A stretch of 64,000 bases of DNA from Prevotella sp. UBA2742 (GTDB taxonomy: Bacteria > Bacteroidota > Bacteroidia > Bacteroidales > Bacteroidaceae), in assembly GCA_002353485.1 (NCBI GenBank), contig DEJS01000019.1:22138-86137 (forward strand), in the 5' to 3' direction. The position numbers and the translations under genes are program-made. Positions 18,067 to 28,538 of this stretch are shown here, in pieces. Below the pieces are notes generated by a model, which worked only from the letters and a program-made list of their open reading frames with translations, did no database searches and was not told the DNA's origin. Position 1 is the first letter of the stretch, and every line of letters starts with the position of its first letter.

Positions 18067-18963
18067 TTACTTCTGGGTGACGGTCGATACGACTTTCAGC
18101 TGCTGTCCCATCGTGTCGGTGGTGGTCTCGCCCTTGATGCTCTTTACCCAGCCGTCGTCGCCCACCTCATAGGTGGCCGTCTCCTTTACCTCCAGTTTCA
18201 CCATGCCGCTGCCTATTACCTGGTCGATGTTCTGCTTTATCATCTCGGCCTGTTCCGGAGCCGATTTCTCTACCTGTGCAATGATGAAGGCCTTCAGCTC
18301 GTCCTTGTTCATGTTGACGCTACCGTTCGAGGTGACGTTCTTTCCGTTGACGAAGTACATGCGCTTCATCTTGATGCCTTCCTCGTTGACGTATTCCTCC
18401 TGGGCACCAGTCATCACGGTCTTGCCGTTCAGGGCCAGCACGTTGGTGTTGCCCTGCAGGCTTAACATCAGGTTCTCCTGCGTCAGGTTCGACATTATCT
18501 GGTTCTTCATGGCCTCCTTCGACATTACCTGGGCTACCTGGGGTGATGCTTTCATCACCTTTTCTATCAGCACGTCGCACTTGCTGTCGGCATGCTTCTT
18601 CACCTCGTCGTAGTTGGCAATGGCCAGGGGCTTGCCCTCCTTGTCTACGTTAATCTTTATCTTTAAGCCAGTGGTCATCTCCTGAGCGGCAACCAGAATC
18701 TGGCCTGCAATGTTGTCAGCACTGACGTCCGACGTCATCTTAGTGGTCTCCATGCTCAGCACGAAACCGTCGGCCAGCACCTCGTCCACGCTGTAGCTTG
18801 ACTCTTCGTTAATGGTTACTGCGCCTTGTCCGGGAATGGTGACGGTCGATGATGAGGTGTAATTCTTCTGGTCGCCCATCTGCATCTTCGGGGCTACTTT
18901 CAGCTGGGCCTGTGCGGCCAGCACCACGGTCAGCATCATGCTGAGGAAAAACAGTTTCTTCAT
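18067..18963 (-). CDS. Hypothetical exported protein
   Basis: Start reassigned to MKKLFFLSMMLTVVLAAQA (Sec signal); -7 box TACCTTTG just upstream; codon usage typical of the genome. Confidence 0.8.
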   Translation of the reverse strand: MKKLFFLSMMLTVVLAAQAQLKVAPKMQMGDQKNYTSSSTVTIPGQGAVTINEESSYSVDEVLADGFVLSMETTKMTSDVSADNIAGQILVAAQEMTTGLKIKINVDKEGKPLAIANYDEVKKHADSKCDVLIEKVMKASPQVAQVMSKEAMKNQIMSNLTQENLMLSLQGNTNVLALNGKTVMTGAQEEYVNEEGIKMKRMYFVNGKNVTSNGSVNMNKDELKAFIIAQVEKSAPEQAEMIKQNIDQVIGSGMVKLEVKETATYEVGDDGWVKSIKGETTTDTMGQQLKVVSTVTQK

Positions 18964-19044
18964 ACTACTAAATTTGTTGTTGAATAAGTTTGATGCTGCA
19001 AAGGTAGTAAGAAAAAGACACATTGCCAAATTATCGCATAAAAA

Positions 19045-19103
19045 AATGCCTTAGGTAAACTGCACGTTTACCTAAGGTAAAGTAGAGGTTTACCTAAGGC
19101 AAA
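19045..19103. repeat. Three palindromic TTTACCT(A/T)AGGTAAA-like boxes at 22-bp spacing; doubles as the ddh terminator
   Basis: Box centres at 19052, 19074 and 19096; hairpin followed by a T tract on the minus strand. Confidence 0.7.
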
Positions 19104-19125
19104 CTCAAAGTTAGCCTTATCCTCT

Positions 19126-20025
19126 TTATACGAGGTGCTCTATGAGGTCCTCGCGCTCTCCAGGCAGCATGTCGATGACGGGAATCTCAATCATCGTGTA
19201 GCATCCAGGCTGCAGGCGCATCGAGGCACGGGCGACGTTGACCAGTACCTGACCCGTCAGGGCGGGGTTGTTGATACTCATGTTGAACTCCAGGCGCTGG
19301 TTCTGCGTCTTGCCGCTGACGCCCTTGCGCACCAGGTTCACGCCGTGACCCATGTCGCGCACATCGTCGACACTCTCCACCTGGAATACGTGTGTCTCGT
19401 CCGAGGCGAAGTAGGGGTCGGCCTTGATGTCCTTTGTCACCTGCTCCAGCGTGTAGCCTTCCTCCAGCTCGACGTACACCATGCGGCGGTGTATGCCCTC
19501 GCCCAGGGGAATGGTCATCGACAGGGCGTTCTTCACCCCTTTCTTTGAGCGCACGCAGACGCTGTGGCCCATCGACATGCCGGGTCCGAAATTAGTGTAC
19601 GACAGTCCCTTGGGTGCCAGACTCTGCATCAGCGTGCGTACGATGCTGTCCGAGCCTGGGTCCCATCCTGCAGCGATGACGCTGACGGTCTTCGTGTCCT
19701 TGTTGATGGCCATCAGACGTTCGCGATAGCCACGTATATTGGTGTGTATGTCGAACGAGTCGACGGTATTGATGCCCAGGGGCAGAATCTGCTTGGCAAA
19801 TTCCTCACACGAGCGGGTAGGAGTGGCCAGGATGGCTACGTCGACATCCTTCAGTTCCCTGATGTCCTTCACTACCTCGTATTGTGCCAACTCTGCGGGC
19901 TTGTTCTCTGCTCCCTGACGGCGCACAATGCCTGCTATCTCAAAGTCGGGGGCTGCCTCCAGGGCCTGTACGCTGTACTTTCCAATGTTGCCGTAGCCAA
20001 CTACGGCGGCGCGAATCTTTTTCAT
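19126..20025 (-). CDS. ddh: meso-diaminopimelate D-dehydrogenase
   Basis: VGYGNIG Rossmann motif, TVDSFDIH, AGWDPG, FGPGMSMGHS. Confidence 0.95.
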   Translation of the reverse strand: MKKIRAAVVGYGNIGKYSVQALEAAPDFEIAGIVRRQGAENKPAELAQYEVVKDIRELKDVDVAILATPTRSCEEFAKQILPLGINTVDSFDIHTNIRGYRERLMAINKDTKTVSVIAAGWDPGSDSIVRTLMQSLAPKGLSYTNFGPGMSMGHSVCVRSKKGVKNALSMTIPLGEGIHRRMVYVELEEGYTLEQVTKDIKADPYFASDETHVFQVESVDDVRDMGHGVNLVRKGVSGKTQNQRLEFNMSINNPALTGQVLVNVARASMRLQPGCYTMIEIPVIDMLPGEREDLIEHLV

Positions 20026-20220
20026 ATCCTAAAGTTTAGAGTTTAGTGCTTAAAGCTCCTAAAAAGCTGTCATTTTGTATCGTCTTTGTTCGTTTTCGGG
20101 TGCAAAATTACTCTTTTTCCGCGAATTACGCGACAAAAAGATAACTTTTTTTTCTGACACAATAAAAAAACTCCTTCCTGCGTTATAATCAGTGATATTA
20201 TAATATTAATTAGGAATAAC

Positions 20221-20856
20221 ATGATAGAATACATCAAGGGCGAGCTGACCGAGCTCACGCCCGCACTGGCTACTGTGGAGGCCGCTGGTGTGGGCTACGG
20301 ACTGAACATCTCGCTCACTACCTATTCTGCCATACAGGGCAAGCTCTCCACGTCGCACGCCGCCCATCGTGCCGAGAACGACGTCAAGCTCTACGTTTAC
20401 GAGTCCATTCGTGAAGACGCCCACGTGCTCTATGGCTTTGTGTCGCGTAAGGAGCGCGAGATGTTCGAGTTGCTCATCACCGTCAACGGCGTAGGTCCGA
20501 ATACGGCGCGTATGATGCTCTCGTCTATGAGTGTCGCCGAGCTGTGCAATGCCATCTCGCGTGGCGACGAGCGCCTTATCAAGGGCATCAAGGGCATCGG
20601 CAAGATGACGGCCCAGCGCATCATCGTCGACCTGCGCGACAAGATCGTGGCCCTGGGCATTGCCGACGAGATACCGGCCGGCGGTTCCGTCTCAGCACCC
20701 GTCAACAATGCCGTGCGCGACGAGGCCGTGGCCGCCCTCACCATGTTGGGCTTTGCCCCTGCACCCACTCAGAAGGTTGTCGTGGCCATCCTTCAGCAGC
20801 AGCCTGACCTCCCTGTCGAGCAGGTCGTCAAGCAAGCCCTGAAACAGATTAAGTAG
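20221..20856 (+). CDS. ruvA: Holliday junction branch migration protein RuvA
   Basis: MIEYIKG, GVGY, LYGF, VNGVGP, IKGIGKMTAQRIIVDL, ALTMLGF. Confidence 0.97.
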   Translation: MIEYIKGELTELTPALATVEAAGVGYGLNISLTTYSAIQGKLSTSHAAHRAENDVKLYVYESIREDAHVLYGFVSRKEREMFELLITVNGVGPNTARMMLSSMSVAELCNAISRGDERLIKGIKGIGKMTAQRIIVDLRDKIVALGIADEIPAGGSVSAPVNNAVRDEAVAALTMLGFAPAPTQKVVVAILQQQPDLPVEQVVKQALKQIK

Positions 20857-20864
20857 TCTCTTTT

Positions 20865-23800
20865 TTGAAACGCGTCCTCTACACGGTAGCAGTCCTGCTG
20901 AGCGTGACCACGCTGGCCATGCCTCCTCAGGATGACAAGACACGGCAGCGTCCTGTGCCTGCCACTCAGCCTGTGCTCGAGATAGAGGACGACAGCATCC
21001 CCGACTCTCTTTTGCACGCGCGCTGGCGCATACAGAAGACGGCGCCCATCGAGGTCGCCGACCTCGACTCGTCGGCCCTCGACCTCCGTTTCCCGGAGAA
21101 CATCCGCCAGCAGGTAGAGTACGACGACTCGCTGAACGTCTACAAGATAGGCTCCAAGCTTGGTGACAGCTACCTTAACGCCCCTGTGCTCATGGACCTC
21201 TACGAGTACCAGACGTGGAGCGAGCGTCGCGAGCGTCAGCACTTCTTCCGTAAGAAGGATGCTGCCAACGTCGCAGCCCAGGGCAAGGAGAAGTTCGACT
21301 TCTCTGACATGCACTTCGACCTTGGCCCTGCCGAGAAGATATTCGGCCCCGGTGGCGTACGCATCAAGACACAGGGAACCGCCGAGCTCAAGCTGGGTGC
21401 CACGCTCAAGAACATCGACAACCCCTCACTGCCAGAGCGTAACCGTAAGACCACGGCCGTCGACTTCGACGAGAAGATCAACCTCAACGTCACGGGTAAG
21501 GTAGGCGACAAGGTCAACATGTCGCTGAACTACAACACCGATGCCACCTTCGACTTCGACACCAAGAACCTGAAGCTGCGCTATGAGGGCAAGGAAGACG
21601 AGATTATCAAGCTCGTCGAGGCCGGTAACGTCACCTTCCCCACCAACAACTCGCTCATCAAGGGCGCCTCGTCGCTCTTTGGCGTACGCACCGACATGCA
21701 GTTCGGCCGGCTGAAGCTGCAGACCGTCTTCTCGCAGAAAAACTCCTCCACCAAAAGCGTCTCCTCCAAGGGTGGCACACAGATGACGCCCTTCGAGCTC
21801 GACGTGGCCAACTACGAGGAGAACCGCCACTTTTTCCTAGCCAAGTACTTCCGCGAGCGTTACGACGCCGCCATGAAGACGCTGCCTGTCATCAGCAGCG
21901 GCATCAACGTCACCCGTGTCGAGGTGTGGGTCACCAACAAGACGGCCAACACTTCCAACACGCGCAACGTCATTGCCCTGGCCGAACTGGGCGAGAGTCT
22001 GGGTCGTGGCCAGAAAGGCACTTCAGCCCTGCCTCAGAACTCCGTAGGCTCCGTCTATGGCAGCATGCCAGAGGCCGCCCGTGACATCGACCAGGCCTCT
22101 ACCGTGCTCGAAGGCATGATGACGGGAGGTACCGACTACGAGAAGCTCTCCTCGGCCCGTCTGCTCTCCTCATCAGAGTACACCCTCAACGCTGCCCTGG
22201 GCTATATCTCGCTCAAGACCACGCTGCAGACCGACCAGGTGCTCGCCGTAGCCTACGAGTACACCTACGGAGGCCAGACTTACAAAGTGGGCGAGTTTGC
22301 TGCCGACCATACCAATGCCTCGGAGGCCCTCTTCGTCAAGGCCCTCAAGAATACGTCGAACAACCCCCAGCAGGCCAACTGGCCGCTGATGATGAAGAAC
22401 GTCTACTACCTGGCCACCAATGTCGAGCGCCAGCGTTTCCGTCTCGACATCAAGTACAAGAGCGACACCACGGGCGTCTACCTCAACTATCTGCCCGTCG
22501 TCAAGGACGTTACCCTGCTGCGCGCCCTGGGTTGCGACCGTCTCGACGACAACAACAAGACCCACCCCAATGGCTACTACGACTACGTCGAGGGCTATAC
22601 CGTCTCCTCTGGGCGCGTCTTCTTCCCCAGTGTCGAACCCTTCGGCGCTGCTCTGGAAGAGTTCCTGCGCAGCCGTGGTCTCTCTGACGACGAGGTGGAA
22701 CGCTACTCCTTCCACGAGCTCTACGACACCACGCGTACCGCAGCCCGCCAGATGACCAACAAGGACAAGTACCTCCTCGTGGGCCAGTTCAAGGGCTCCT
22801 CGGCCAACGTCTATTCCCTTGGTGCCTACAACGTGCCTCAGGGCTCCGTGGTCGTCACTGCAGGCGGTGTCATCCTCACCGAGGGCTCCGACTACACCGT
22901 CGACTACTCTGCCGGCGAGGTCACCATCCTCAATCAGAGCATCATCGACGCCCATACCGACGTCAACGTCAGCTTCGAGTCCAACACCGACTATGGCATG
23001 CAGCGCAAGACCATGGTAGGCTTCAACTGGGAGTACGAGTTCTCCAAGAACCTCCAGGTGGGCGGTACCCTTCAGCACCTCTCCGAGCAGGCCCTCACCT
23101 CGAAGGTCGTCATGGGCTCCGAACCGCTGAAGAACACCCTCTGGGGCCTTAACGTCAACTGGAAGACCGAGAGCCAGTGGCTCACGCGCATGCTCGACAA
23201 GCTGCCCCTGCTGCACTGCACGCAGCCCTCGCAGATTTCCTTCACGGGTGAGTTTGCCCACCTCATTGCCGGCACTGCCGGCGGCACGCAGGACAATGCC
23301 TCCTACATCGACGACTTCGAGAACGCCACCGTGGGCTACGACATCCTGGAGCCCACCTCCTGGCAGCTGTCTTCGGTGCCCACTATGTTCAACGAGTACC
23401 AGGACCGCGACACCGTCAGCAGCAACTACAACCGTGCCTTGCTCTCGTGGTACAACATCGACCCTATCTTCACCTACCGTACCTCGTCGCTCACCCCCGG
23501 CCATATTAGGAGCGACCTCGAACAGCTCTCCAACCACTACGTACGTGCCGTCTACGTCAGCGAGCTCTATCCCAACCGCCAGCAGTCCACCTACAGCGGT
23601 GCCACCTCCACGCTGCCCGTGCTCAACCTGGCCTACTATCCCTCAGAGCGCGGTCCCTACAACCTCAGCACCGACGTCAACCTCGACGGCACGCTGCCCC
23701 TGCCCCAACAGCGCTGGGGCGGCATGATGCGCAAGCTGGACAACAACGACTTCGAGCAGGCCAACATCGAGTACATCGAGTTCTGGCTTCTCGACCCCTT

Positions 23801-26800
23801 CATCTATTCCTCGCAGCAGCAGGACGCTGCCGACTATGGCGGCGACCTGTACATCAACCTGGGTGAGGTCTCCGAGGACATTCTGCGCGACGGCAAGAAG
23901 TTCTACGAGAGCGGCATGCCCGTCGACGGCTCACAGTCGTTCACCACCACACAGTGGGGCCGCATACCCGTACAGGCCTCGCAGCAGTATGCCTTCGCCA
24001 CCACCAGCGGTGCCAGGGCACTGCAGGACGTCGGCCTCAACGGACTCACCGACGAGCAGGAGCGTTCCTTCCCCGCCTATCGCGACTTCCTGGCTTCCGT
24101 CACCGTCAACGACAGCGTGCGTGCTGCCTGGAACCAGGACCCCGCTAACGACAACTACCACTACTACCGCGGCTCCGACCTTGACGCCCGTCAGGCCTCC
24201 ATCCTCGACCGCTACAAGCGCATCAACATGCCACAGGGCAACTCGCCTGACAGCGACCAGCAGACCGAGGGCTTCGACACCTCGTACAAGACCTACCCCG
24301 ACGTCGAGGACATCAACCAGGACTTCACCCTCAACGAGTACGAGCGCTACTACCAGTACAAGGTCAGTCTGCGCCCCGAAGACCTGCGTTTGGGCCATAA
24401 CTACATCACCGATGTACGCGAGTACACCGCCCCGCTGCGCAACGGCAAGAAGGAGACCGTCCACTGGTACCAGTTCCGCATTCCCCTGAACGAGTACGAA
24501 CGCCGTGTGGGCGGCATCAGCGATTTCTCCAGCATCCGCTTCATGCGTATGTTCCTCACCGGCTTCCGCAAACCCGTCGTGCTGCGCTTCGGCTCGCTCG
24601 ACCTGGTACGCGGCGACTGGCGACTCTACGAGCAGCAGCTCACCGGCACCTCCAACAGCGGTACCATGTCGGTCAGTGCCGTCAACATCGAGGAGAACAA
24701 CGACCGCCGCCCCGTCAACTACGTCCTGCCGCCAGGCATCTCGCGCGTCACCGACCCCTCGCAGCCACAGCTCACCGAGGCCAACGAGCAGGCCCTGTGC
24801 ATGATGGTGCGCAACCTGTCGCAGGGCGAGTCGAAGGCCGTCTACCGCACTACCAACCTCGACCTGCGCCGCTACCGTCACCTGCAGATGTACATCCACG
24901 CCAACCACCTCATCGACGACAACCAGCTGGGCGACGACCAGCTGGCCGTCTTCGTGCGTCTGGGCAGCGACTATCGCAACAACTACTACGAATACCTCAT
25001 CCCCCTGAAGCTCACCCCCGACCGCAACGACTACAACAAGTACAACGTCGAGGACTGCCGTGCCGTATGGCCCAAGGACAACATGCTTGACATCGACCTC
25101 ACGCTGTTTACCCGTCTGAAGAAGTCGCGCAACATGGCCCGTGCCAACGGCACCGCCTCCTACATCATGGAGTACAGCGAGTACGACCCCTCCAACCCCA
25201 ACAACCGCATTGCCGTCATGGGCAACCCCACGCTGGGCGAGATACGCACCATGATGATTGGCGTGCGCAACCTGGCCGGCAGTCTGCGCTCGGGCGAGGT
25301 ATGGGTCAACGAGCTCCGTCTGCAGGACGTCATCAACCGTGGCGGATGGGCCGCGTCGGGCAATCTCAACGTGCAGCTCTCTGACGTCGGCTCCGTCAAC
25401 GTCATGGGCAAGGTGGTCACCGAAGGCTTCGGCGGACTCGAAGAGGGCGTGGCAGCGCGCACCACCGACGACTACAAGACCTACTCCGTCACCACCAACT
25501 TCGAGCTCGGCAAGTTCTTCCCCGACAAGCTCAAGGTCACCGCCCCCATCTACTACAGCGTCACCAAGGAAGAGACGCGGCCCAAGTACAATCCCCTTGA
25601 CACCGACCTCGAGCTGGACGATGCCCTCGACGCCGCCATCGACCGTCATGAGCGCGACAGCATCGAGGCCATTGCCGTCACCAAGACCACCACCACCAAC
25701 TTCTCGCTCTCCAACGTGCGCTTCGGCATCAAGACCAAGCGCCACCCCATGCCCTACGACCCCGCCAACTTCGCCTTCTCCTACTCGCACCGCAGCACCC
25801 GTAAGTCGGGCGAGACCACCGTCTACGAGCACGACGACCAGTGGCGCGGCTCGCTCAACTACTCCTATACGCCCGTCTACAAGACTTGGGAGCCCTTCGC
25901 CAAGTCGAAGTCCAAGTCTAAGTGGATGCAGCTGCCCAAGGCCTTCGGACTCAACTACCTGCCACAGAACGTCACCTTCAACAGCGAGATAACACGGTCC
26001 TACTACGAGCTGCAGGAGCGCGACATGGACAACCTCTCCGGTGCCCGCGTCGACCCCACCTGGAGCTCGCAGTTCCTCTGGAACCGCGACTTCACCCTGC
26101 GCTGGGACCTCACCAAGAACCTCCACATGAACTTCCAGTCGGGCACCCAGGCCGAAATCGTAGAACCCGACGACCCCCTGAACCGTCCCATCAACAAAGA
26201 CCTCTACCCCGACCGCTACTCGCAGTGGAAGGACTCCGTGTGGCACAGCATCAAGCACTTAGGCTCACCCCTTAACTACCGCCAGAACTTCACAGCCTCC
26301 TACCAGCTGCCGCTGAACAAGCTGCCCCTCTTCGACTGGCTCAACGCCGACGCCAACTACACCGCCTCCTACCGATGGGTGCGCGGCACACAGCTCGAAG
26401 ACGGTACCAACCTGGGCAACACCATCTCCAACGACCGCCAGATCAACATCAACAGCAACCTCAACATGGAGACGCTCTACAACCACGTCCCCTTCCTGAA
26501 GAAAGCCAACGAACGCTTCAAGAAAGCCATACAGCGCGACACCCGAAAGACCTCCAAGACCCGAAAGACCGGTGCCGCTGCCAAGAACGCGGGGAAGGGC
26601 GGTCCCACCAAAGAGGAACGCGCCCTGCCCAAGAACCGCAACGCCTACGAGACCGAGGTCACCCTTCTGCCCGACAGCGCCCTCGTCGTCACCCACAACA
26701 AGAAGTCGCGCCGCCTCGTGGTCAGCGCCAAGACCCCCGAAGGCCGCGCCTACAAACTCAAGTGGAAGGTCGTCGACGACAACAAGATACGCCTCCTGGG

Positions 26801-28238
26801 CCGCGACAGCCTGCGCCTCAAGGTCACCGTCACCACCCGGCCGCCCCTGGAGAACCAGTGGTGGTACCGCCCCGCACAGTCCGCCGCACGCTTCCTGATG
26901 ATGGTACGCTCCATAGGCATCTCCTACCGCAACCAGTACTCCATGTCGCTGCCGGGCTTCATGCCCAACGTGGGCGATGCCTTCGGACAGCGCACCGGCG
27001 ACATCATGGCCCCAGGACTGGGCTTCGCCTTCGGATTCACCGGCGACTCCTTCATCCAGAAGGCCCACGACAACGGATGGCTCTCCGACAGCCTCTCCAC
27101 CCCCGCCTCCACCAACCTTACCACCGACCTGCAGCTGCGCGCCACACTGGAGCCCGTGCGCGACCTGAAGATCGACCTCAACGCCTCGCGCACCGAGTCG
27201 CGGGCACGCTCCGTGCAGTATCAGTACAGCGGCATGCCCACCACCCAGAGCGGCACCTTCACCATGACCACCGTCAGCCTCTCGTCGGCCTTCGAGGGCA
27301 TGGGCGATGCCAACAACGGCTATCCCAGCAGCGTCTTCCAGCGCTTCTGCGACGCCCTGCCAGAGTATCAGGCCAAGGCCGCCGCACACTACGGTCAGCA
27401 GGTAGACCAGTATGCCGCCGCCGTCATGATACCCGCCTTCCTCAACACCTATACCGGCAGCGGAGGCGGTGGCTCGCTCGACTTCTTCCCAGCCCTCACC
27501 CGACTGCTGCCCAACTGGACCATACGCTACTCCGGACTCTCCAAGCTGCGCTGGTTCAGCGAGCACTTCAAGTCCGTCAACATCAACCACAGCTACAAGT
27601 CCATCTATGCCGTAGGCTCCTATACCAGCGGAAGCGCCGCGGCCTCGCTGCTCGGCTGGAGCGTACCCACCGTCACCATCAACGAGAACTTCTCGCCCCT
27701 GCTGGGAGTCGACGTCACCCTGCAGAACAATCTCACCATCCGTGCCGAATACCGCAAGCAGCGCACCCTGTCGCTCTCCACCACCAGCGTACAAATCAAC
27801 GAGGGACGCTCCAACGACTGGGTCGTCGGACTGGCCTATAAAATCTCCGACTTCCGCCTGTTCTCCTCCTCCGTCACGCGCAAGATACGCGGTGCACAGC
27901 GCGGTGGAAAGGGCAAGACCGCCGACGCCAGCCAGGCCACCCAAACCACCCAGACCAGCCGCCGATCGGGCATCAACCACGACCTGAACCTGCGACTCGA
28001 CTTCTCGCTGCGCAACCAGGCCGCCATCACCCGCGACATCGCCTCGCGCACCTCGTCGGCCTCCAGCGGCAACAAAGCCCTCAAGATATCCTTCATGGCC
28101 GACTACACCCTGTCGCGCCTGCTCACCATGTCGTTCTACTACGACCGTCAGACCAACACCCCCCTGCTCTCCTCCTCCAGCTATCCCACCACCACGCGCG
28201 ACTTCGGACTCTCCATGAAGTTCTCCCTCACCAGATAA
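20865..28238 (+). CDS. sprA: Type IX secretion system outer-membrane translocon SprA/Sov
   Basis: 2457 aa, signal peptide, YEENRHFFL, RWGGMMR, IEYIEFW, GEVWVNELR; follows ruvA as in other Bacteroidales; TTG start. Confidence 0.93.
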   Translation: MKRVLYTVAVLLSVTTLAMPPQDDKTRQRPVPATQPVLEIEDDSIPDSLLHARWRIQKTAPIEVADLDSSALDLRFPENIRQQVEYDDSLNVYKIGSKLGDSYLNAPVLMDLYEYQTWSERRERQHFFRKKDAANVAAQGKEKFDFSDMHFDLGPAEKIFGPGGVRIKTQGTAELKLGATLKNIDNPSLPERNRKTTAVDFDEKINLNVTGKVGDKVNMSLNYNTDATFDFDTKNLKLRYEGKEDEIIKLVEAGNVTFPTNNSLIKGASSLFGVRTDMQFGRLKLQTVFSQKNSSTKSVSSKGGTQMTPFELDVANYEENRHFFLAKYFRERYDAAMKTLPVISSGINVTRVEVWVTNKTANTSNTRNVIALAELGESLGRGQKGTSALPQNSVGSVYGSMPEAARDIDQASTVLEGMMTGGTDYEKLSSARLLSSSEYTLNAALGYISLKTTLQTDQVLAVAYEYTYGGQTYKVGEFAADHTNASEALFVKALKNTSNNPQQANWPLMMKNVYYLATNVERQRFRLDIKYKSDTTGVYLNYLPVVKDVTLLRALGCDRLDDNNKTHPNGYYDYVEGYTVSSGRVFFPSVEPFGAALEEFLRSRGLSDDEVERYSFHELYDTTRTAARQMTNKDKYLLVGQFKGSSANVYSLGAYNVPQGSVVVTAGGVILTEGSDYTVDYSAGEVTILNQSIIDAHTDVNVSFESNTDYGMQRKTMVGFNWEYEFSKNLQVGGTLQHLSEQALTSKVVMGSEPLKNTLWGLNVNWKTESQWLTRMLDKLPLLHCTQPSQISFTGEFAHLIAGTAGGTQDNASYIDDFENATVGYDILEPTSWQLSSVPTMFNEYQDRDTVSSNYNRALLSWYNIDPIFTYRTSSLTPGHIRSDLEQLSNHYVRAVYVSELYPNRQQSTYSGATSTLPVLNLAYYPSERGPYNLSTDVNLDGTLPLPQQRWGGMMRKLDNNDFEQANIEYIEFWLLDPFIYSSQQQDAADYGGDLYINLGEVSEDILRDGKKFYESGMPVDGSQSFTTTQWGRIPVQASQQYAFATTSGARALQDVGLNGLTDEQERSFPAYRDFLASVTVNDSVRAAWNQDPANDNYHYYRGSDLDARQASILDRYKRINMPQGNSPDSDQQTEGFDTSYKTYPDVEDINQDFTLNEYERYYQYKVSLRPEDLRLGHNYITDVREYTAPLRNGKKETVHWYQFRIPLNEYERRVGGISDFSSIRFMRMFLTGFRKPVVLRFGSLDLVRGDWRLYEQQLTGTSNSGTMSVSAVNIEENNDRRPVNYVLPPGISRVTDPSQPQLTEANEQALCMMVRNLSQGESKAVYRTTNLDLRRYRHLQMYIHANHLIDDNQLGDDQLAVFVRLGSDYRNNYYEYLIPLKLTPDRNDYNKYNVEDCRAVWPKDNMLDIDLTLFTRLKKSRNMARANGTASYIMEYSEYDPSNPNNRIAVMGNPTLGEIRTMMIGVRNLAGSLRSGEVWVNELRLQDVINRGGWAASGNLNVQLSDVGSVNVMGKVVTEGFGGLEEGVAARTTDDYKTYSVTTNFELGKFFPDKLKVTAPIYYSVTKEETRPKYNPLDTDLELDDALDAAIDRHERDSIEAIAVTKTTTTNFSLSNVRFGIKTKRHPMPYDPANFAFSYSHRSTRKSGETTVYEHDDQWRGSLNYSYTPVYKTWEPFAKSKSKSKWMQLPKAFGLNYLPQNVTFNSEITRSYYELQERDMDNLSGARVDPTWSSQFLWNRDFTLRWDLTKNLHMNFQSGTQAEIVEPDDPLNRPINKDLYPDRYSQWKDSVWHSIKHLGSPLNYRQNFTASYQLPLNKLPLFDWLNADANYTASYRWVRGTQLEDGTNLGNTISNDRQININSNLNMETLYNHVPFLKKANERFKKAIQRDTRKTSKTRKTGAAAKNAGKGGPTKEERALPKNRNAYETEVTLLPDSALVVTHNKKSRRLVVSAKTPEGRAYKLKWKVVDDNKIRLLGRDSLRLKVTVTTRPPLENQWWYRPAQSAARFLMMVRSIGISYRNQYSMSLPGFMPNVGDAFGQRTGDIMAPGLGFAFGFTGDSFIQKAHDNGWLSDSLSTPASTNLTTDLQLRATLEPVRDLKIDLNASRTESRARSVQYQYSGMPTTQSGTFTMTTVSLSSAFEGMGDANNGYPSSVFQRFCDALPEYQAKAAAHYGQQVDQYAAAVMIPAFLNTYTGSGGGGSLDFFPALTRLLPNWTIRYSGLSKLRWFSEHFKSVNINHSYKSIYAVGSYTSGSAAASLLGWSVPTVTINENFSPLLGVDVTLQNNLTIRAEYRKQRTLSLSTTSVQINEGRSNDWVVGLAYKISDFRLFSSSVTRKIRGAQRGGKGKTADASQATQTTQTSRRSGINHDLNLRLDFSLRNQAAITRDIASRTSSASSGNKALKISFMADYTLSRLLTMSFYYDRQTNTPLLSSSSYPTTTRDFGLSMKFSLTR

Positions 28239-28249
28239 AAACAAAGAGC

Positions 28250-28286
28250 AAAAAGAGGTCGTGCCAATTACTTTTGACACGACCTC
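28250..28286. terminator. Terminator hairpin between convergent sprA and peptide gene
   Basis: aaaaa-gaggtcgtg...cacgacctc. Confidence 0.65.
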
Positions 28287-28324
28287 AACTGTGGAATTTT
28301 AATTCCCGGAATTACCCGTTGGAA

Positions 28325-28504
28325 TTATTGGAACATGAAGCTCGGCATGTCCAGCATGTCCTCGGGGTCCTCCATTCCGGGAGCCAGTATATTATCTCCG
28401 TCCTCGTAAGCCTTACCGCTAAGTTCAGGCCCCGATGCTGCCAGCATCTGCTGTGTCTCTATGCGGACTACCTCTAATTCAGGAATGATATATGTCTTTT
28501 TCAT
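28325..28504 (-). CDS. Small peptide P1 (59 aa) with YxxP...QMLxxS leader
   Basis: Manual translation MKKTYIIPELEVVRIETQQMLAASGPELSGKAYEDGDNILAPGMEDPEDMLDMPSFMFQ*; below the ORF-track cutoff; homologous leaders at 39854 and 42868. Confidence 0.8.
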   Translation of the reverse strand: MKKTYIIPELEVVRIETQQMLAASGPELSGKAYEDGDNILAPGMEDPEDMLDMPSFMFQ

Positions 28505-28538
28505 TGTCTTGTTCTTTAAATGTTAGTGTTCTCATTAC

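Noticed and set aside
22173-28280. Long antisense and alternate-frame ORFs over sprA (454, 775, 671 and 488 aa) and similar ones over GH97, nadB, dnaG and DUF3857
   Set aside because: Shadow ORFs expected from strong GC3 bias; low-complexity V/G/R-rich translations with no motifs
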